Position numbers and translations under genes: made by a program. The notes beneath the pieces are model-generated. The model did no database searches. It saw only the letters and a list, made by a program, of their open reading frames with translations, and was not told where the DNA came from. DNA of 64,000 bases. It comes from Spirochaetia bacterium. Lineage in GTDB: Bacteria > Spirochaetota > Spirochaetia > SZUA-6 > Bin103. Shown in pieces: positions 20,038 through 32,638 of the stretch. Positions within the stretch are counted from its first letter, which is position 1. The number at the start of each line of letters is the position of its first letter. The stretch covers positions 3,840,001-3,904,000 of the forward strand of contig OZ241907.1 of the NCBI GenBank assembly GCA_965203515.1, in the 5' to 3' direction.

Positions 20038-20118
20038 ATCGCATCGGCGTCAGTAGCAGTGGCTAACTGCTCTACGTCGACGTCTCAAGAAACCGTTTCA
20101 GCGGTACATCCGCAACCG

Positions 20119-21915
20119 TCAATCACCGGCGGCGATTCGGTCCGGCGCCGGCACCGCTTGGCAGTGGACCAGTTCCCAGCCGTGGTACACCACCGCCAAG
20201 CCGGTGAAGCGGACCGACGGATATTGCCGCGCCAGCCGCTCGTCGGCCGCGTAGCGCCGTGCCTGCGCGGCCGCCTCGCGCGCCGCCTTCGCCACGTGCG
20301 ACTCGCTCGCTCGCTCCCTGCGCCGCAGGTACTTCAGTTCGATCACGTAGCCGTGCCGCATATCCGTGTAGCGCTGCAGGTGCGGCTCCAGACAGATGTC
20401 CGCGTAGCCGCCGCCCAGCTCCCGCTCGGTGTGGAATATGAAGTGATCGGTGGCGCTCAGGTAGGCGGCCAGGAATCCCTGAATCACCTTCTCGCCGTCC
20501 ATGTAGTCGCGGATGCCGCTTTGGCGGGCGATGGCCGCGCTCAGAAACTCCAGCACCGGCCGCCATGCGCCGCGGTACGCCATCTCGTGCAACAGGCGGC
20601 CGAATGCGTACAGGTCGACCGAGAAGACGTCCACGCTCCGGTAGCCGTCGCGCAGGTAGCCGTACATCAATCGCCGCACGGTCTGGTTGGGAATTCCCAG
20701 CCGCGGCGCTGCCTCGCGCACCTCGCGGATGCTCAGCAGCCCGAAGTAGTGCAGCAGCGACAGGAAGTTCTCGCGCTCGTGCAGTTGTTCCAGGGGAAAC
20801 CCGGTCCGGATATCGCTGTCCGCCCAGCCCTCGCCGATGATGCGGCGCAGCAGGTCGAAGTTGCCGTTCAACTGCCGGTCGACGGTGAGCAGATGGCGCA
20901 GCTTGCCGTAGTCGATGCGTACGTTGGTATCGATCAGATCGTCCGGCGGGCCGTCGTTCGGCATCGATTCCTTGAGGTAATAGAGCACCATGTCGGGGTT
21001 GTGGAGGTCGTTCGCCGCGCCCGCGGCGAAGCGGTAGCCGTTGTACCACTCGCCCATCACCGCCATCGCCTGGTCCACGTCCTGATCGAACGCGCCGTGC
21101 TGGCGGTACCCCTCCAGCACGGCGCGCACCTCGCCTTCGGTGAAGCCGAGCAGCTCGTTGAATGCTGGCTTCAGGCTGACGTTGGCGGCGATGTTGAAGC
21201 CGCTGGTCACGTCGTCCATGGTGATAGGGGAGACGCCGGTGACGAACAGGCGCTCGATGGCGCCGTGGCCGGCGCCGGCCTTGAGGGTGGCGAAGAAGTT
21301 GCGGTAGAAGCCGCCGCCGTGCGTGAAGGAGTGGTACGCCTCCGCGCCGCGGTACGCCAGTACGGTGTTGGCGAAGTTGTCGTACTCGTCGATCAGCACG
21401 TACAGCGAGATGCCGCGCTGCGCGGCGTATTTGAACAATTCGTTCAGCTTCCCGTCGATCGAGGGGTGGGAGAGGATGCGTTCGATCACCGGCTCCGGGA
21501 ACAGGTCGCCGTTACCTTCCAGCGCGTAGCGCAGCACGATGAGGCAATAGGTCTCGAACCGTTCGCGCAGAGTCTCCAGGGTGTCGTCGAACGCGGAGAA
21601 GTCGAAGCGCAGGATGACGTAGCGGTTGCGGTTCGGCGTCGGCCGGCGCCCGATGTCGGTGCCGGCGAACAGCGCCTCGAAGCGGCCGGCGCGGGTCCGG
21701 TCGTAGTAGCTCTCCAGCAGCGCCACCCAGCATGACTTGCCGAACCGGCGCGGGCGGATCAGAAACGCGTACCGCTCCTGCTCCAGGTCATGCAGGAAGC
21801 GGGTCTTGTCGACGTACAGCGTGCGCTCGCGGCGCATCGCCTCGAAGTCGGCCCAGCCGTAGGGGATCGGGGGATACCCGTCCCCGGCCGGCGAGTCCCG
21901 TTCCTCCGAACCCAT
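20119..21915 (-). CDS. AAA-ATPase_like plus PD-(D/E)XK nuclease protein
   Basis: YVDKT, RPRRFGKS, LIDEYDNF, WYNGYRF and C-terminal ERELGGGYADI...VIELKY. Confidence 0.9.
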   Translation of the reverse strand: MGSEERDSPAGDGYPPIPYGWADFEAMRRERTLYVDKTRFLHDLEQERYAFLIRPRRFGKSCWVALLESYYDRTRAGRFEALFAGTDIGRRPTPNRNRYVILRFDFSAFDDTLETLRERFETYCLIVLRYALEGNGDLFPEPVIERILSHPSIDGKLNELFKYAAQRGISLYVLIDEYDNFANTVLAYRGAEAYHSFTHGGGFYRNFFATLKAGAGHGAIERLFVTGVSPITMDDVTSGFNIAANVSLKPAFNELLGFTEGEVRAVLEGYRQHGAFDQDVDQAMAVMGEWYNGYRFAAGAANDLHNPDMVLYYLKESMPNDGPPDDLIDTNVRIDYGKLRHLLTVDRQLNGNFDLLRRIIGEGWADSDIRTGFPLEQLHERENFLSLLHYFGLLSIREVREAAPRLGIPNQTVRRLMYGYLRDGYRSVDVFSVDLYAFGRLLHEMAYRGAWRPVLEFLSAAIARQSGIRDYMDGEKVIQGFLAAYLSATDHFIFHTERELGGGYADICLEPHLQRYTDMRHGYVIELKYLRRRERASESHVAKAAREAAAQARRYAADERLARQYPSVRFTGLAVVYHGWELVHCQAVPAPDRIAAGD

Positions 21916-22029
21916 CGGTCGAGTATAGCCGTCCCGATGATCGGCGCTGCGGAGGGCGCGGCGCTCCTGCTCCGCGCGACGGTGGCCCGGTGTCATAGGC
22001 AGGCCGGATTTGCTACCCTGTGGCCACGG

Positions 22030-22560
22030 ATGGCGATTCGCATCGGAATCATCAACGTCTCGGACCGGGCCAGTGCCGGCGTGTATGAGGACACGCCCGG
22101 CAAGGCCGTGGCAGCGCTGCTCGAACGGTACCTGACCACCCCGTTCGAGCCGGTCTACCGGGTGCTGCCCGACGAGCAGGAGCAGCTCGAAGAGGCGATG
22201 CGCCGTATGGCCGACCGCGACGGCTGCTGTCTGATCGTCACCACCGGCGGCACCGGTCCGGCCGTTCGCGACGTCACGCCGGAGGCGACCGAGGCGGTGT
22301 GCCGCAAGATGCTGCCCGGATTCGGCGAGCTGATGCGCGCGGTGTCGCTGCGCTACGTGCCGACCGCGATCCTGTCGCGGCAGACCGCCGGCGTCCGCGG
22401 CAGCTCCCTGATCCTCAACCTGCCCGGCCGGCCGCGCGCCATCGAGCAGTGCCTGGAGGCGGTCTTCCCCGCGATTCCCTACTGCGTCGACCTGCTCGGC
22501 GGCCCGCGCCTGGAATGCGACCCGGCGGTGATCACCGCCTTCCGGCCGAAAGGGGCGTAG
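22030..22560 (+). CDS. mogA: Molybdopterin adenylyltransferase
   Basis: VSDRASAGVYED, TTGGTGPAVRDVTPEAT, PTAILSRQ and NLPG. Confidence 0.93.
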   Translation: MAIRIGIINVSDRASAGVYEDTPGKAVAALLERYLTTPFEPVYRVLPDEQEQLEEAMRRMADRDGCCLIVTTGGTGPAVRDVTPEATEAVCRKMLPGFGELMRAVSLRYVPTAILSRQTAGVRGSSLILNLPGRPRAIEQCLEAVFPAIPYCVDLLGGPRLECDPAVITAFRPKGA

Positions 22561-22586
22561 GGAGCGCGGCGGATGGACCTGCGCCG

Positions 22587-23627
22587 ATGGCCGTAGCCGC
22601 CCTGCCGGCGATCGCGGACGTGCGCGCGGCGGCCGACCGCATCCGCCCGCACGTGCACGTCACGCCGGTGATCACCTGCCGGTACTTCGACCGCGCGGTG
22701 GGCGCCGCCGTCTTCTTCAAGTGCGAGAACCTGCAGAAGGTCGGCGCGTTCAAGAGCCGCGGCGCCTGCAACGCCGTGTTCAGCCTGTCCGACGAGCGCG
22801 CGGCGGCCGGCGTGGCCACGCACTCGTCGGGCAACCATGGGCAGGCGGTCGCATTCGCCGCCGGGCTGCGCGGCATCCCCGCGACCGTGGTGATGCCGCG
22901 CGGCACCACGGAGATCAAGCGCCGCGCCGTGCAGGGCTATGGCGCCCGCACGGTGGAGAGCGGACCGACGCTGGCCGAGCGGGAAGGGATCACGCAGCGG
23001 ATCGCCGACGCCGAAGGCGCGCACGTGATCCACCCGTACGACGACGCCGACGTGGTGGCCGGGCAGGGGACCGCAGCGCTGGAGCTGCTGCGGCAGGCCG
23101 GGCCGCTGGACGCCCTGCTGGTGCCGGTCGGCGGCGGCGGCCTCGCCTCGGGCGCCGTGCTGGTGGCCGGTGCCGATCCGGCGTCTGACGCCGTGCGAGC
23201 GGCCGGTGTTGCGCGGGCGGCCGGAGATGGAGCCGCGGCGGCGCAGCCGACGCCGGTCGTGTACGCGGCGGAGCCGAAGCTGGCCGACGACGCCTACGAG
23301 TCGTTGCGCACCGGGGTGCGGCAGCCGGAACGGCCTCCCCGCACCGTGGCGGAAGGGCTGCGCACCAGTCTGGGCGACATCACCTTCGCGCTGGTCCGCG
23401 CCGGAGTCCGCGAGGTCCTCCTGGTCGACGAGCGGGAGATCGTCGCGGCCACGCTCGCCTTCATCACGCGCGCGAAGCTGCTGATCGAGCCGTCGGCCGG
23501 CGTCGCGGTCGCCGCGCTGCTGCGCTACCGCGAACGCTTCGCGGGCTCCCGCGTCGGCGTGATCCTGACCGGCGGCAACGTCGATCTGGCCGCCCTTGGC
23601 GCGCTCGCCGGGCGGATCGATGGCTGA
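22587..23627 (+). CDS. PLP-dependent serine/threonine dehydratase or serine racemase family enzyme
   Basis: FKCENLQKVGAFKSRGA, SSGNHGQA, GQGTAALE, PVGGGGL and EPSAG. Confidence 0.9.
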   Translation: MAVAALPAIADVRAAADRIRPHVHVTPVITCRYFDRAVGAAVFFKCENLQKVGAFKSRGACNAVFSLSDERAAAGVATHSSGNHGQAVAFAAGLRGIPATVVMPRGTTEIKRRAVQGYGARTVESGPTLAEREGITQRIADAEGAHVIHPYDDADVVAGQGTAALELLRQAGPLDALLVPVGGGGLASGAVLVAGADPASDAVRAAGVARAAGDGAAAAQPTPVVYAAEPKLADDAYESLRTGVRQPERPPRTVAEGLRTSLGDITFALVRAGVREVLLVDEREIVAATLAFITRAKLLIEPSAGVAVAALLRYRERFAGSRVGVILTGGNVDLAALGALAGRIDG

Positions 23628-26600
23628 GGCGGCGGTGGCGGTCCGGCCGCCGGCGGCGCCGCCCCCGCGCGAGGCGGTACAGGGAGTCGCCGACTTCCTG
23701 GCGGAACTGGCGGGCCGGGTGCGCGGCGAGCTGCGCACCGACACCTATACCCGCATCCTCTACAGCACCGACGCCAGCATCTATCAGGTGATGCCGCACG
23801 GCGTGCTGATCGCCCGTGACGAAGAGGACGTGCACGCCGCCGTAGAGGCGGCCGCCCGCCATCAGGTGCCGATCCTGCCGCGCGCGTCCGGCAGCAGCCT
23901 GGCCGGGCAGGCGGTCAACGAGGCGCTGGTCATCGACACCTCCCGGTTCCTGGACCGCGTGGTGGAGCTCGACGCGGAGGAGCGCCGGATCCGACTGCAA
24001 CCCGGCATCGTCCTCGATGCGCTCAACGGCTACCTGCGCCCGCATGGGCTGCAGTTCGGCCCCGACCCCGCCTCCAGCAACCGCGCGGCGATGGGCGGGA
24101 TCGTCGGCAACAACTCGACCGGCTCCCACTCGATCCGGTACGGCATGACCGCCGACCACGTGCTCGGCATGCAGGCGATCCTCAGCGACGGCACCCGCTG
24201 CCGGTTCGGGCCGCTGGACGCCGGCGGGCTGGCCGCGCACCAGGCCAAGCCGGGGCTGGAGGGCGAGCTCTACCGCCGCGTGGCCGCCATCGCCGCCGAC
24301 GGCCGCGGGGCGATCCTGGCCGGCACGCCGGCCCACTGGCGGCGCTGCGGCGGCTACAACCTGGACCGGTTCGTCGACGGCGCCAGCTTCAACTACCCGC
24401 AGGATCCCCGCTTCAATCTGGCCAAGCTGATCTGCGGGTCGGAGGGGACGCTGGCGGTGATGACCGAGCTGACCCTCAACCTGGTGCCGGTGCCTGCGCA
24501 CACCGCGCTGGCCGTGGTCCACTTCGACGAGCTGTTCGCGGCGCTGGCGTCGGTGCCCGCCATCCTGGAGACCGATCCGTCGGCGGTGGAGCTGCTCGAC
24601 AACCTGGGGCTGACGCTCGCCCGTCAGGTGCCGCAGTACGCGCGGTTGATGACCGGCTTCGTTTCCGGCACGCCGAACTGCGTGCTGATCACCGAGTACT
24701 CGGGCAGCGATCCGCGCGCGTTGCAGCGGCGGATCGACGCGCTGCAGGGCCACCTGCGCCGCCACCGCGTGCGCGCCACCGTGGTGCCGGCGCTCGACCC
24801 CGCGCTGCAGACCGACGTGTGGACGGTCCGCAAGGTCGGACTCGGCCTGATGATGAGCATCAAGGGCGACTACAAGCCGATCCCGTTCATCGAGGACGCC
24901 GCGGTGCCGGTCGAGCATCTGGCCGAGTACGTCACCGGCATCGAGCGGTTCTGCAACGACATCGGCACGCGCGTCGCCTATTACGCCCACGCCAGCGCCG
25001 GCTGCATCCACATCCGGCCGCTGATCAACGCCAAGATCGCCGCCGAGGTCGACAAGCTGCCGGTCATCTCCAGCTTCGCGCTGGAGCTGCTCGGCCGGTT
25101 CGGGGGCAGCCTGTCGAGCGAGCACGGCGACGGCCGCGCGCGCAGTTGGCAGAACGAGCGCTTCTTCGGGCCGGACCTGTACCGGCTCTACCGGCAGGTC
25201 AAGGGCGCCTTCGATCCCAGCGGCATCCTCAATCCCGGCAACGTGGTCGACGCGCCGCCCATGACCGGGATGCTGCGCTACGGCGCGGACTACCGCACGC
25301 AGCCGCACCGCGAGCGGCTCGCCTTCCGCAGCGACCACGGCTTCGCGCGCGCCGTGGAGATGTGCAACGGCGCCGGCATCTGCCGCAAGCGGACCGAGGG
25401 CACCATGTGTCCGAGCTTCATGGCCACGCGCGAAGAGGAGCACTCCACGCGCGGCCGGGCCAACGCGCTGCGCGCGGCGCTGTCGGGCGCGCTGCCGCAC
25501 GACGAACTGACCAGCCAGCGCATGTTCGACGTGATGGACCTCTGCATCGAGTGCAAGGCGTGCAAGGCCGAGTGTCCGTCCTCGGTCGACATGGCCAAGA
25601 TCAAGATCGAGTTCCTGGCCGCCTACTACGACCGCCACCGGTTGCCGCTCCGCGCCCGGCTGTTCGCCGACATCGGCCGCGCCAGCCGACTGCTGGCCGG
25701 GCCGCTCGCCGGCGCGGTCAATCGGGTGTTGGCGGCCCCGGCGGTGCGGCGGCTGCTGGAGCGGTTCGCGGGCATCAGCGCCCGGCGCGCCCTGCCGGCG
25801 TTCAGCGGCAGTCCGTTTCCCGCGTGGGCGCGCCGCCGCGGGTTGGACCGGCCGCCGTCCGAGCGCGCGGCGGCCGGTTCGGGCCGGCCGCTGGCGCTGT
25901 TCGTCGATACCTTCAACAGCTTCAACACGCCGGAGGTGGCGCGCGCCGCCGCCGAGGTGCTGGAGCGGGCCGGCTGGACGGTGACCGTGCCGGCCTATGG
26001 CTGCTGCGGGCGCCCGATGCTCTCCAAGGGACTGGTGCGGCGCGCCCGCGCGGCCGCCCGCGCCACCGTCGAACGGCTGGCGCCGCTGGCGCGCGCCGGC
26101 GTGCCGATCGTCGGACTGGAGCCGAGCTGCGTGTCGGCCATCCGCGACGAATACCCCTCGCTGCTGCCGGACGACCCGGACGCGGCCCTGCTCGCCGAGC
26201 GCGTGGAGACCTTCGAGGAGCTGGTGGCGCGGGCGCACGCGGACGGCGGCCTCGATCTCGACCCGGAGCGGACCGGCGGCGGCCGGCTGCTGTTGCACGG
26301 CCACTGCCATCAGAAAGCCCTGATCGGGACCGGACCGAGCCTGCGGGCGCTGCGCCTCACCGGCGCGGAGGTGACCGAGGTCGACTCCGGCTGCTGCGGC
26401 ATGGCCGGCTCCTTCGGCTATGAGGCCGAGCACTACGATCTGTCGATGACGATGGCCGAGCGGCGCCTGCTGCCGGCGGTGCGATCGCACGACGGCGGCG
26501 GCGCGGTGGTCGCGGCCGGCACGAGTTGCCGGCACCAGATCATGCACGGCGCCGGGCGCCGGGCGCTGCACCCCGCCCAGGTGCTGCGCGCCGCGCTACG

Positions 26601-26640
26601 CCCGACCGGCGGCCCCGACCACTCGAAACATGGAGACTGA
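23620..26640 (+). CDS. FAD-binding and Fe-S-binding oxidoreductase (YdiJ / 2-hydroxyacid dehydrogenase-like)
   Basis: YSTDASIY, GSEGTL, EHGDG, CNGAGICRK, CIECKACKAECP and CCG domains. Confidence 0.9.
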   Translation: MAEAAVAVRPPAAPPPREAVQGVADFLAELAGRVRGELRTDTYTRILYSTDASIYQVMPHGVLIARDEEDVHAAVEAAARHQVPILPRASGSSLAGQAVNEALVIDTSRFLDRVVELDAEERRIRLQPGIVLDALNGYLRPHGLQFGPDPASSNRAAMGGIVGNNSTGSHSIRYGMTADHVLGMQAILSDGTRCRFGPLDAGGLAAHQAKPGLEGELYRRVAAIAADGRGAILAGTPAHWRRCGGYNLDRFVDGASFNYPQDPRFNLAKLICGSEGTLAVMTELTLNLVPVPAHTALAVVHFDELFAALASVPAILETDPSAVELLDNLGLTLARQVPQYARLMTGFVSGTPNCVLITEYSGSDPRALQRRIDALQGHLRRHRVRATVVPALDPALQTDVWTVRKVGLGLMMSIKGDYKPIPFIEDAAVPVEHLAEYVTGIERFCNDIGTRVAYYAHASAGCIHIRPLINAKIAAEVDKLPVISSFALELLGRFGGSLSSEHGDGRARSWQNERFFGPDLYRLYRQVKGAFDPSGILNPGNVVDAPPMTGMLRYGADYRTQPHRERLAFRSDHGFARAVEMCNGAGICRKRTEGTMCPSFMATREEEHSTRGRANALRAALSGALPHDELTSQRMFDVMDLCIECKACKAECPSSVDMAKIKIEFLAAYYDRHRLPLRARLFADIGRASRLLAGPLAGAVNRVLAAPAVRRLLERFAGISARRALPAFSGSPFPAWARRRGLDRPPSERAAAGSGRPLALFVDTFNSFNTPEVARAAAEVLERAGWTVTVPAYGCCGRPMLSKGLVRRARAAARATVERLAPLARAGVPIVGLEPSCVSAIRDEYPSLLPDDPDAALLAERVETFEELVARAHADGGLDLDPERTGGGRLLLHGHCHQKALIGTGPSLRALRLTGAEVTEVDSGCCGMAGSFGYEAEHYDLSMTMAERRLLPAVRSHDGGGAVVAAGTSCRHQIMHGAGRRALHPAQVLRAALRPTGGPDHSKHGD

Positions 26641-26643
26641 CCG

Positions 26644-29373
<2,730 letters not shown>

Positions 29374-29419
29374 CCTTGCCGCCGGAGGAGCCGTTCGACC
29401 GGTACGGCGTCGGTCGCGT

Positions 29420-30982
29420 ATGGTGAGCGGCGTGACCCGCACCTCCTCGCTCCCATCGACCTTGGGCCGGCTCAAGGCGGCCGGCTACCGCCACCGCTCG
29501 GTCAAGCAGGAGCTGCGCGCCAATCTGCTGGCGCGGCTGCGCTCCGGCGAACCGCTCTTCCCCGGCATCATCGGCTACGACAAGACGGTGCTGCCGGGGA
29601 TCGTCAACGCCATCCTGTCGCGGCATGACTTCATCCTGCTCGGCCTGCGCGGTCAGGCGAAGTCGCGCATCCTGCGCTCCCTGGCCGGCTTTCTGGACGA
29701 GCAGGTGCCGGTCATCGCCGGCAGCGACCTCAACGAGAGCCCGTTCGCGCCGATCCTGGCGGCGTCCCGGCAGCGCGCGCAGGAGCTCGGCGACGATCTG
29801 CCGATCGACTGGATGCATCGCGACGAGCGCTACCACGAGAAGCTCGCCACCCCCGACGTGACCGTGGCCGACCTGGTCGGCGACATCGACCCGATCAAGG
29901 CGGCCACCAGGCGGCTCTCCTACGCCGACGAGGGCGTCATCCACTACGGAATCATTCCGCGCACCAACCGCGGCATCTTCGCCATCAACGAGCTGCCCGA
30001 CCTGGCGCCCCGCATCCAGGTGGCGTTGCTCAACGTGCTGGAGGAGGAGGACATCCAGATACGCGGCTTCCCGGTCCGCATCCCGCTCGACGTACAGCTC
30101 GTCTTTTCCGCCAATCCCGAGGACTACACCAACCGCGGCAACATCATCACGCCGCTCAAGGACCGCATCGACTCGCAGATCATCACGCACTACCCGGACC
30201 GTCTCGATCACGCCATGGCGATCACGGCGCAGGAGGCGTGGACCGACCGCGACGGCGATTACGAGCTGCGCGTGCCGCGCTACTTCAAGGAGCTGATCGA
30301 GGAGGTGACCTTCGAGGCGCGCAAGAGCGAGTTCGTCGACCAGAAGTCCGGCGTGTCGGCGCGCATGCCGATCGCGCTGCTGGAGAACGTGCTCAGCAAC
30401 ATGGAGCGGCGCGCCTCCCACCTGCGCGAGCCGGTGATCTACCCGCGCCTGACCGATCTGCACACGGCGCTGACCGCCATGACCGGCAAGATGGAGCTGG
30501 TCTACGAAGGCGAGCAGGAAGGCCCGGTGCTGGTCGCCCGCAAGATCATCGGCCAGGCGGTCAAGCGTACCTTCCGCCGGTACCTGCCGACGCCGGACGT
30601 GCGTTCGCGCGATGGCGACGAGCGGCGGCGCGCGGGGCGCTCCCGGCAGGCGGAACGGTCCGAGCAGCCCGAACAGGACGAGACCGACACCGTCTACCAG
30701 CCGATCGTGAGCTGGTTTGCCGAGGGGCAGACCGTCGATACGTCCGACGAGCTGGCCACCGACGAGTACATTCGCCGCTTCGGACAGGTGGCGGGCCTGC
30801 GCGAGATGGCCGCCGAGCGCTTCCGGATCGTGGAGCCGCAGGAGCTGGGGCTGGGGATGGAGCTGGTGCTGGAGGGCCTGCACCAGCACTCCATGCTCTC
30901 CAAGCGCGACCTCGACAGCTCCACCTCCTACCGCGACATGCTCAAGGCGATGTTCGACCAGATGTCCCAGGACGACGGTTGA
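29420..30982 (+). CDS. Mg-chelatase-like AAA+ ATPase
   Basis: GLRGQAKSR, EKLATPD, INELPDL, ANPEDYTNRG and DQKSGVSAR. Confidence 0.85.
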   Translation: MVSGVTRTSSLPSTLGRLKAAGYRHRSVKQELRANLLARLRSGEPLFPGIIGYDKTVLPGIVNAILSRHDFILLGLRGQAKSRILRSLAGFLDEQVPVIAGSDLNESPFAPILAASRQRAQELGDDLPIDWMHRDERYHEKLATPDVTVADLVGDIDPIKAATRRLSYADEGVIHYGIIPRTNRGIFAINELPDLAPRIQVALLNVLEEEDIQIRGFPVRIPLDVQLVFSANPEDYTNRGNIITPLKDRIDSQIITHYPDRLDHAMAITAQEAWTDRDGDYELRVPRYFKELIEEVTFEARKSEFVDQKSGVSARMPIALLENVLSNMERRASHLREPVIYPRLTDLHTALTAMTGKMELVYEGEQEGPVLVARKIIGQAVKRTFRRYLPTPDVRSRDGDERRRAGRSRQAERSEQPEQDETDTVYQPIVSWFAEGQTVDTSDELATDEYIRRFGQVAGLREMAAERFRIVEPQELGLGMELVLEGLHQHSMLSKRDLDSSTSYRDMLKAMFDQMSQDDG

Positions 30983-32073
30983 TGCGCTGGCGCTACCTGA
31001 GGTGGGACGATTCGCTGGCCGCCGCCGTGGCCGCCTTCGAGGATCTGCTCAGCCTGTTCAACTTCCTGCTGCTGCAGGCGGCCGGCGACGTCGACCGGGT
31101 GCTGCAGTGGATGCGCTACCTGCAGGAGCGCGGCATGATCGGCGCGGACGTCGACCTGGAGCAATTCCGGGAGCGGCTGGAGGCGGAGAACCTGATCGAG
31201 CGCGACGGCGAAGGCGGCTTCGCCCTGACCGCGCGCGGCGAGCAACGCATCCGCAAGGAATCGCTGGCGCTGGTCTTCCGCAACCTGGCGAAGGGCGGCT
31301 TCGGACAGCACCGCGTGCCGCACACCGGCGAAGGCGGCGAGCGCACTACCGAGACGCGCGGCTACCGCCCCGGCGATCCCATCACGCAGATCGACGCGCT
31401 GGGAACGATCAGCAATGCCGTCAAGCGGGGCGGACTCGACGACATCACGCTCCGGGAACAGGACTTCGAAGTCTACGAGAGCGAGCACCTGTCGTCGTGC
31501 GCCACCGTGCTGCTGATCGACATCAGTCACAGCATGATCCTGTACGGCGAAGATCGGATCACTCCGGCCAAGCAGGTGGCGCTGGCGCTGGCCGAGCTGA
31601 TCATGACGCAATATCCGCGCGACAGCCTGCACGTCGCCTGCTTCGGCGACGACGCCCGGCTGATCGACGTCGGCAGCATCCCCTACTTGCGGGTGGGGCC
31701 GTACCACACCAACACCAAGGCGGGGCTGCAGCTCGCGCAGTCGGTGCTGCGCTCCGAGCGCCACGCCAACAAGCAGGTCTTCATGATCACCGACGGCAAA
31801 CCGTCGGCGATCTTCGAAGACGGACGCATCTACAAGAACTCCTTCGGGCTCGACCCCCGGATCGTCAACCAGACCCTGGACGAGGCGGCCGAGTGCAAGC
31901 GCTACGGCATCGTGATCACCACCTTCATGGTGACGGAGGACCCGTATCTGGTGGAGTTCGTGGAGAAGCTGTCGCAGATCAATCGCGGGCGCGCGTACTA
32001 CGCCTCGCCCGGCGAACTGGGCGAGTATATCTTTGCCGACTACGTACGGAACCGCCGCCGCGGCGTGCGGTGA
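30982..32073 (+). CDS. vWA-domain protein, partner of the upstream AAA ATPase
   Basis: The ATG overlaps the upstream TGA. MIDAS-like DISHSM, TNT and ITDGKPS. Confidence 0.88.
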   Translation: MRWRYLRWDDSLAAAVAAFEDLLSLFNFLLLQAAGDVDRVLQWMRYLQERGMIGADVDLEQFRERLEAENLIERDGEGGFALTARGEQRIRKESLALVFRNLAKGGFGQHRVPHTGEGGERTTETRGYRPGDPITQIDALGTISNAVKRGGLDDITLREQDFEVYESEHLSSCATVLLIDISHSMILYGEDRITPAKQVALALAELIMTQYPRDSLHVACFGDDARLIDVGSIPYLRVGPYHTNTKAGLQLAQSVLRSERHANKQVFMITDGKPSAIFEDGRIYKNSFGLDPRIVNQTLDEAAECKRYGIVITTFMVTEDPYLVEFVEKLSQINRGRAYYASPGELGEYIFADYVRNRRRGVR

Positions 32074-32095
32074 CGCCGAGCACAGGAGGATGACG

Positions 32096-32518
32096 ATGGG
32101 AGTTCGAACGGCACAGGCAGAATGGCGGGGCGATCTGCAGGGCGGCAGCGGCGCCATGTCGATCGGCGGCCGGTTCACGGGTCCGTTCACGTTCAGCTCG
32201 CGGTTCGAGGAAGGCGCGGGCAGCAACCCGGAGGAGTTGTTGGCGGCGGCCCACGCCGGCTGCTTCTCGATGGCGCTCTCCCACGGCCTTGCCGAGGCCG
32301 GCCATGCGCCGACCCGCGTCAGCACCACGGCCGACGTGTCGCTGGAGATGGCCGACGGCCGCCCCACGATCACGACCATCGCGCTGACCTGCGATGCCGA
32401 GGTACCCGGAATCGACGACGCGGAGTTTCAGAAGATCGCGGCGGCGACCAAGAGCGGCTGCCCGGTCTCCCGCGCGCTGGCCGGCCCGGAGATCACCCTG
32501 CAGGCGACGCTCCGTTAG
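32096..32518 (+). CDS. osmC: OsmC family peroxiredoxin
   Basis: SNPEELLAAAHAGCFSMAL and CPVSRAL. AGGAGG ribosome-binding site at 32084-32089. Confidence 0.93.
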   Translation: MGVRTAQAEWRGDLQGGSGAMSIGGRFTGPFTFSSRFEEGAGSNPEELLAAAHAGCFSMALSHGLAEAGHAPTRVSTTADVSLEMADGRPTITTIALTCDAEVPGIDDAEFQKIAAATKSGCPVSRALAGPEITLQATLR

Positions 32519-32529
32519 CTCAGGTCGAT

Positions 32530-32560
32530 GCCCTTCGCCGGCCTCATGCCGGCGAGGGGC
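32530..32560 (+). terminator. 13-bp GC stem-loop after osmC (possible terminator or mRNA stabiliser)
   Basis: GCCCTTCGCCGGC-ctcat-GCCGGCGAGGGGC with one G-U pair. There is no U-tract. Confidence 0.4.
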
Positions 32561-32638
32561 GTGGGCGCTCGCAGGGGGTGATCAAACAGCCCCCTGTTTC
32601 GTCACCCATCGTGATATTATCGGCCCATCACGGGTCAC

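Noticed and set aside
20050..20080. Small hairpin AGCAGT-ggcta-ACTGCT between convergent genes
   Set aside because: A 6-bp stem with no U-tract is too weak to call a terminator.
8754..21915. Island considered as an integrative element or prophage
   Set aside because: No integrase, tRNA target, att repeats or phage genes were recognised.
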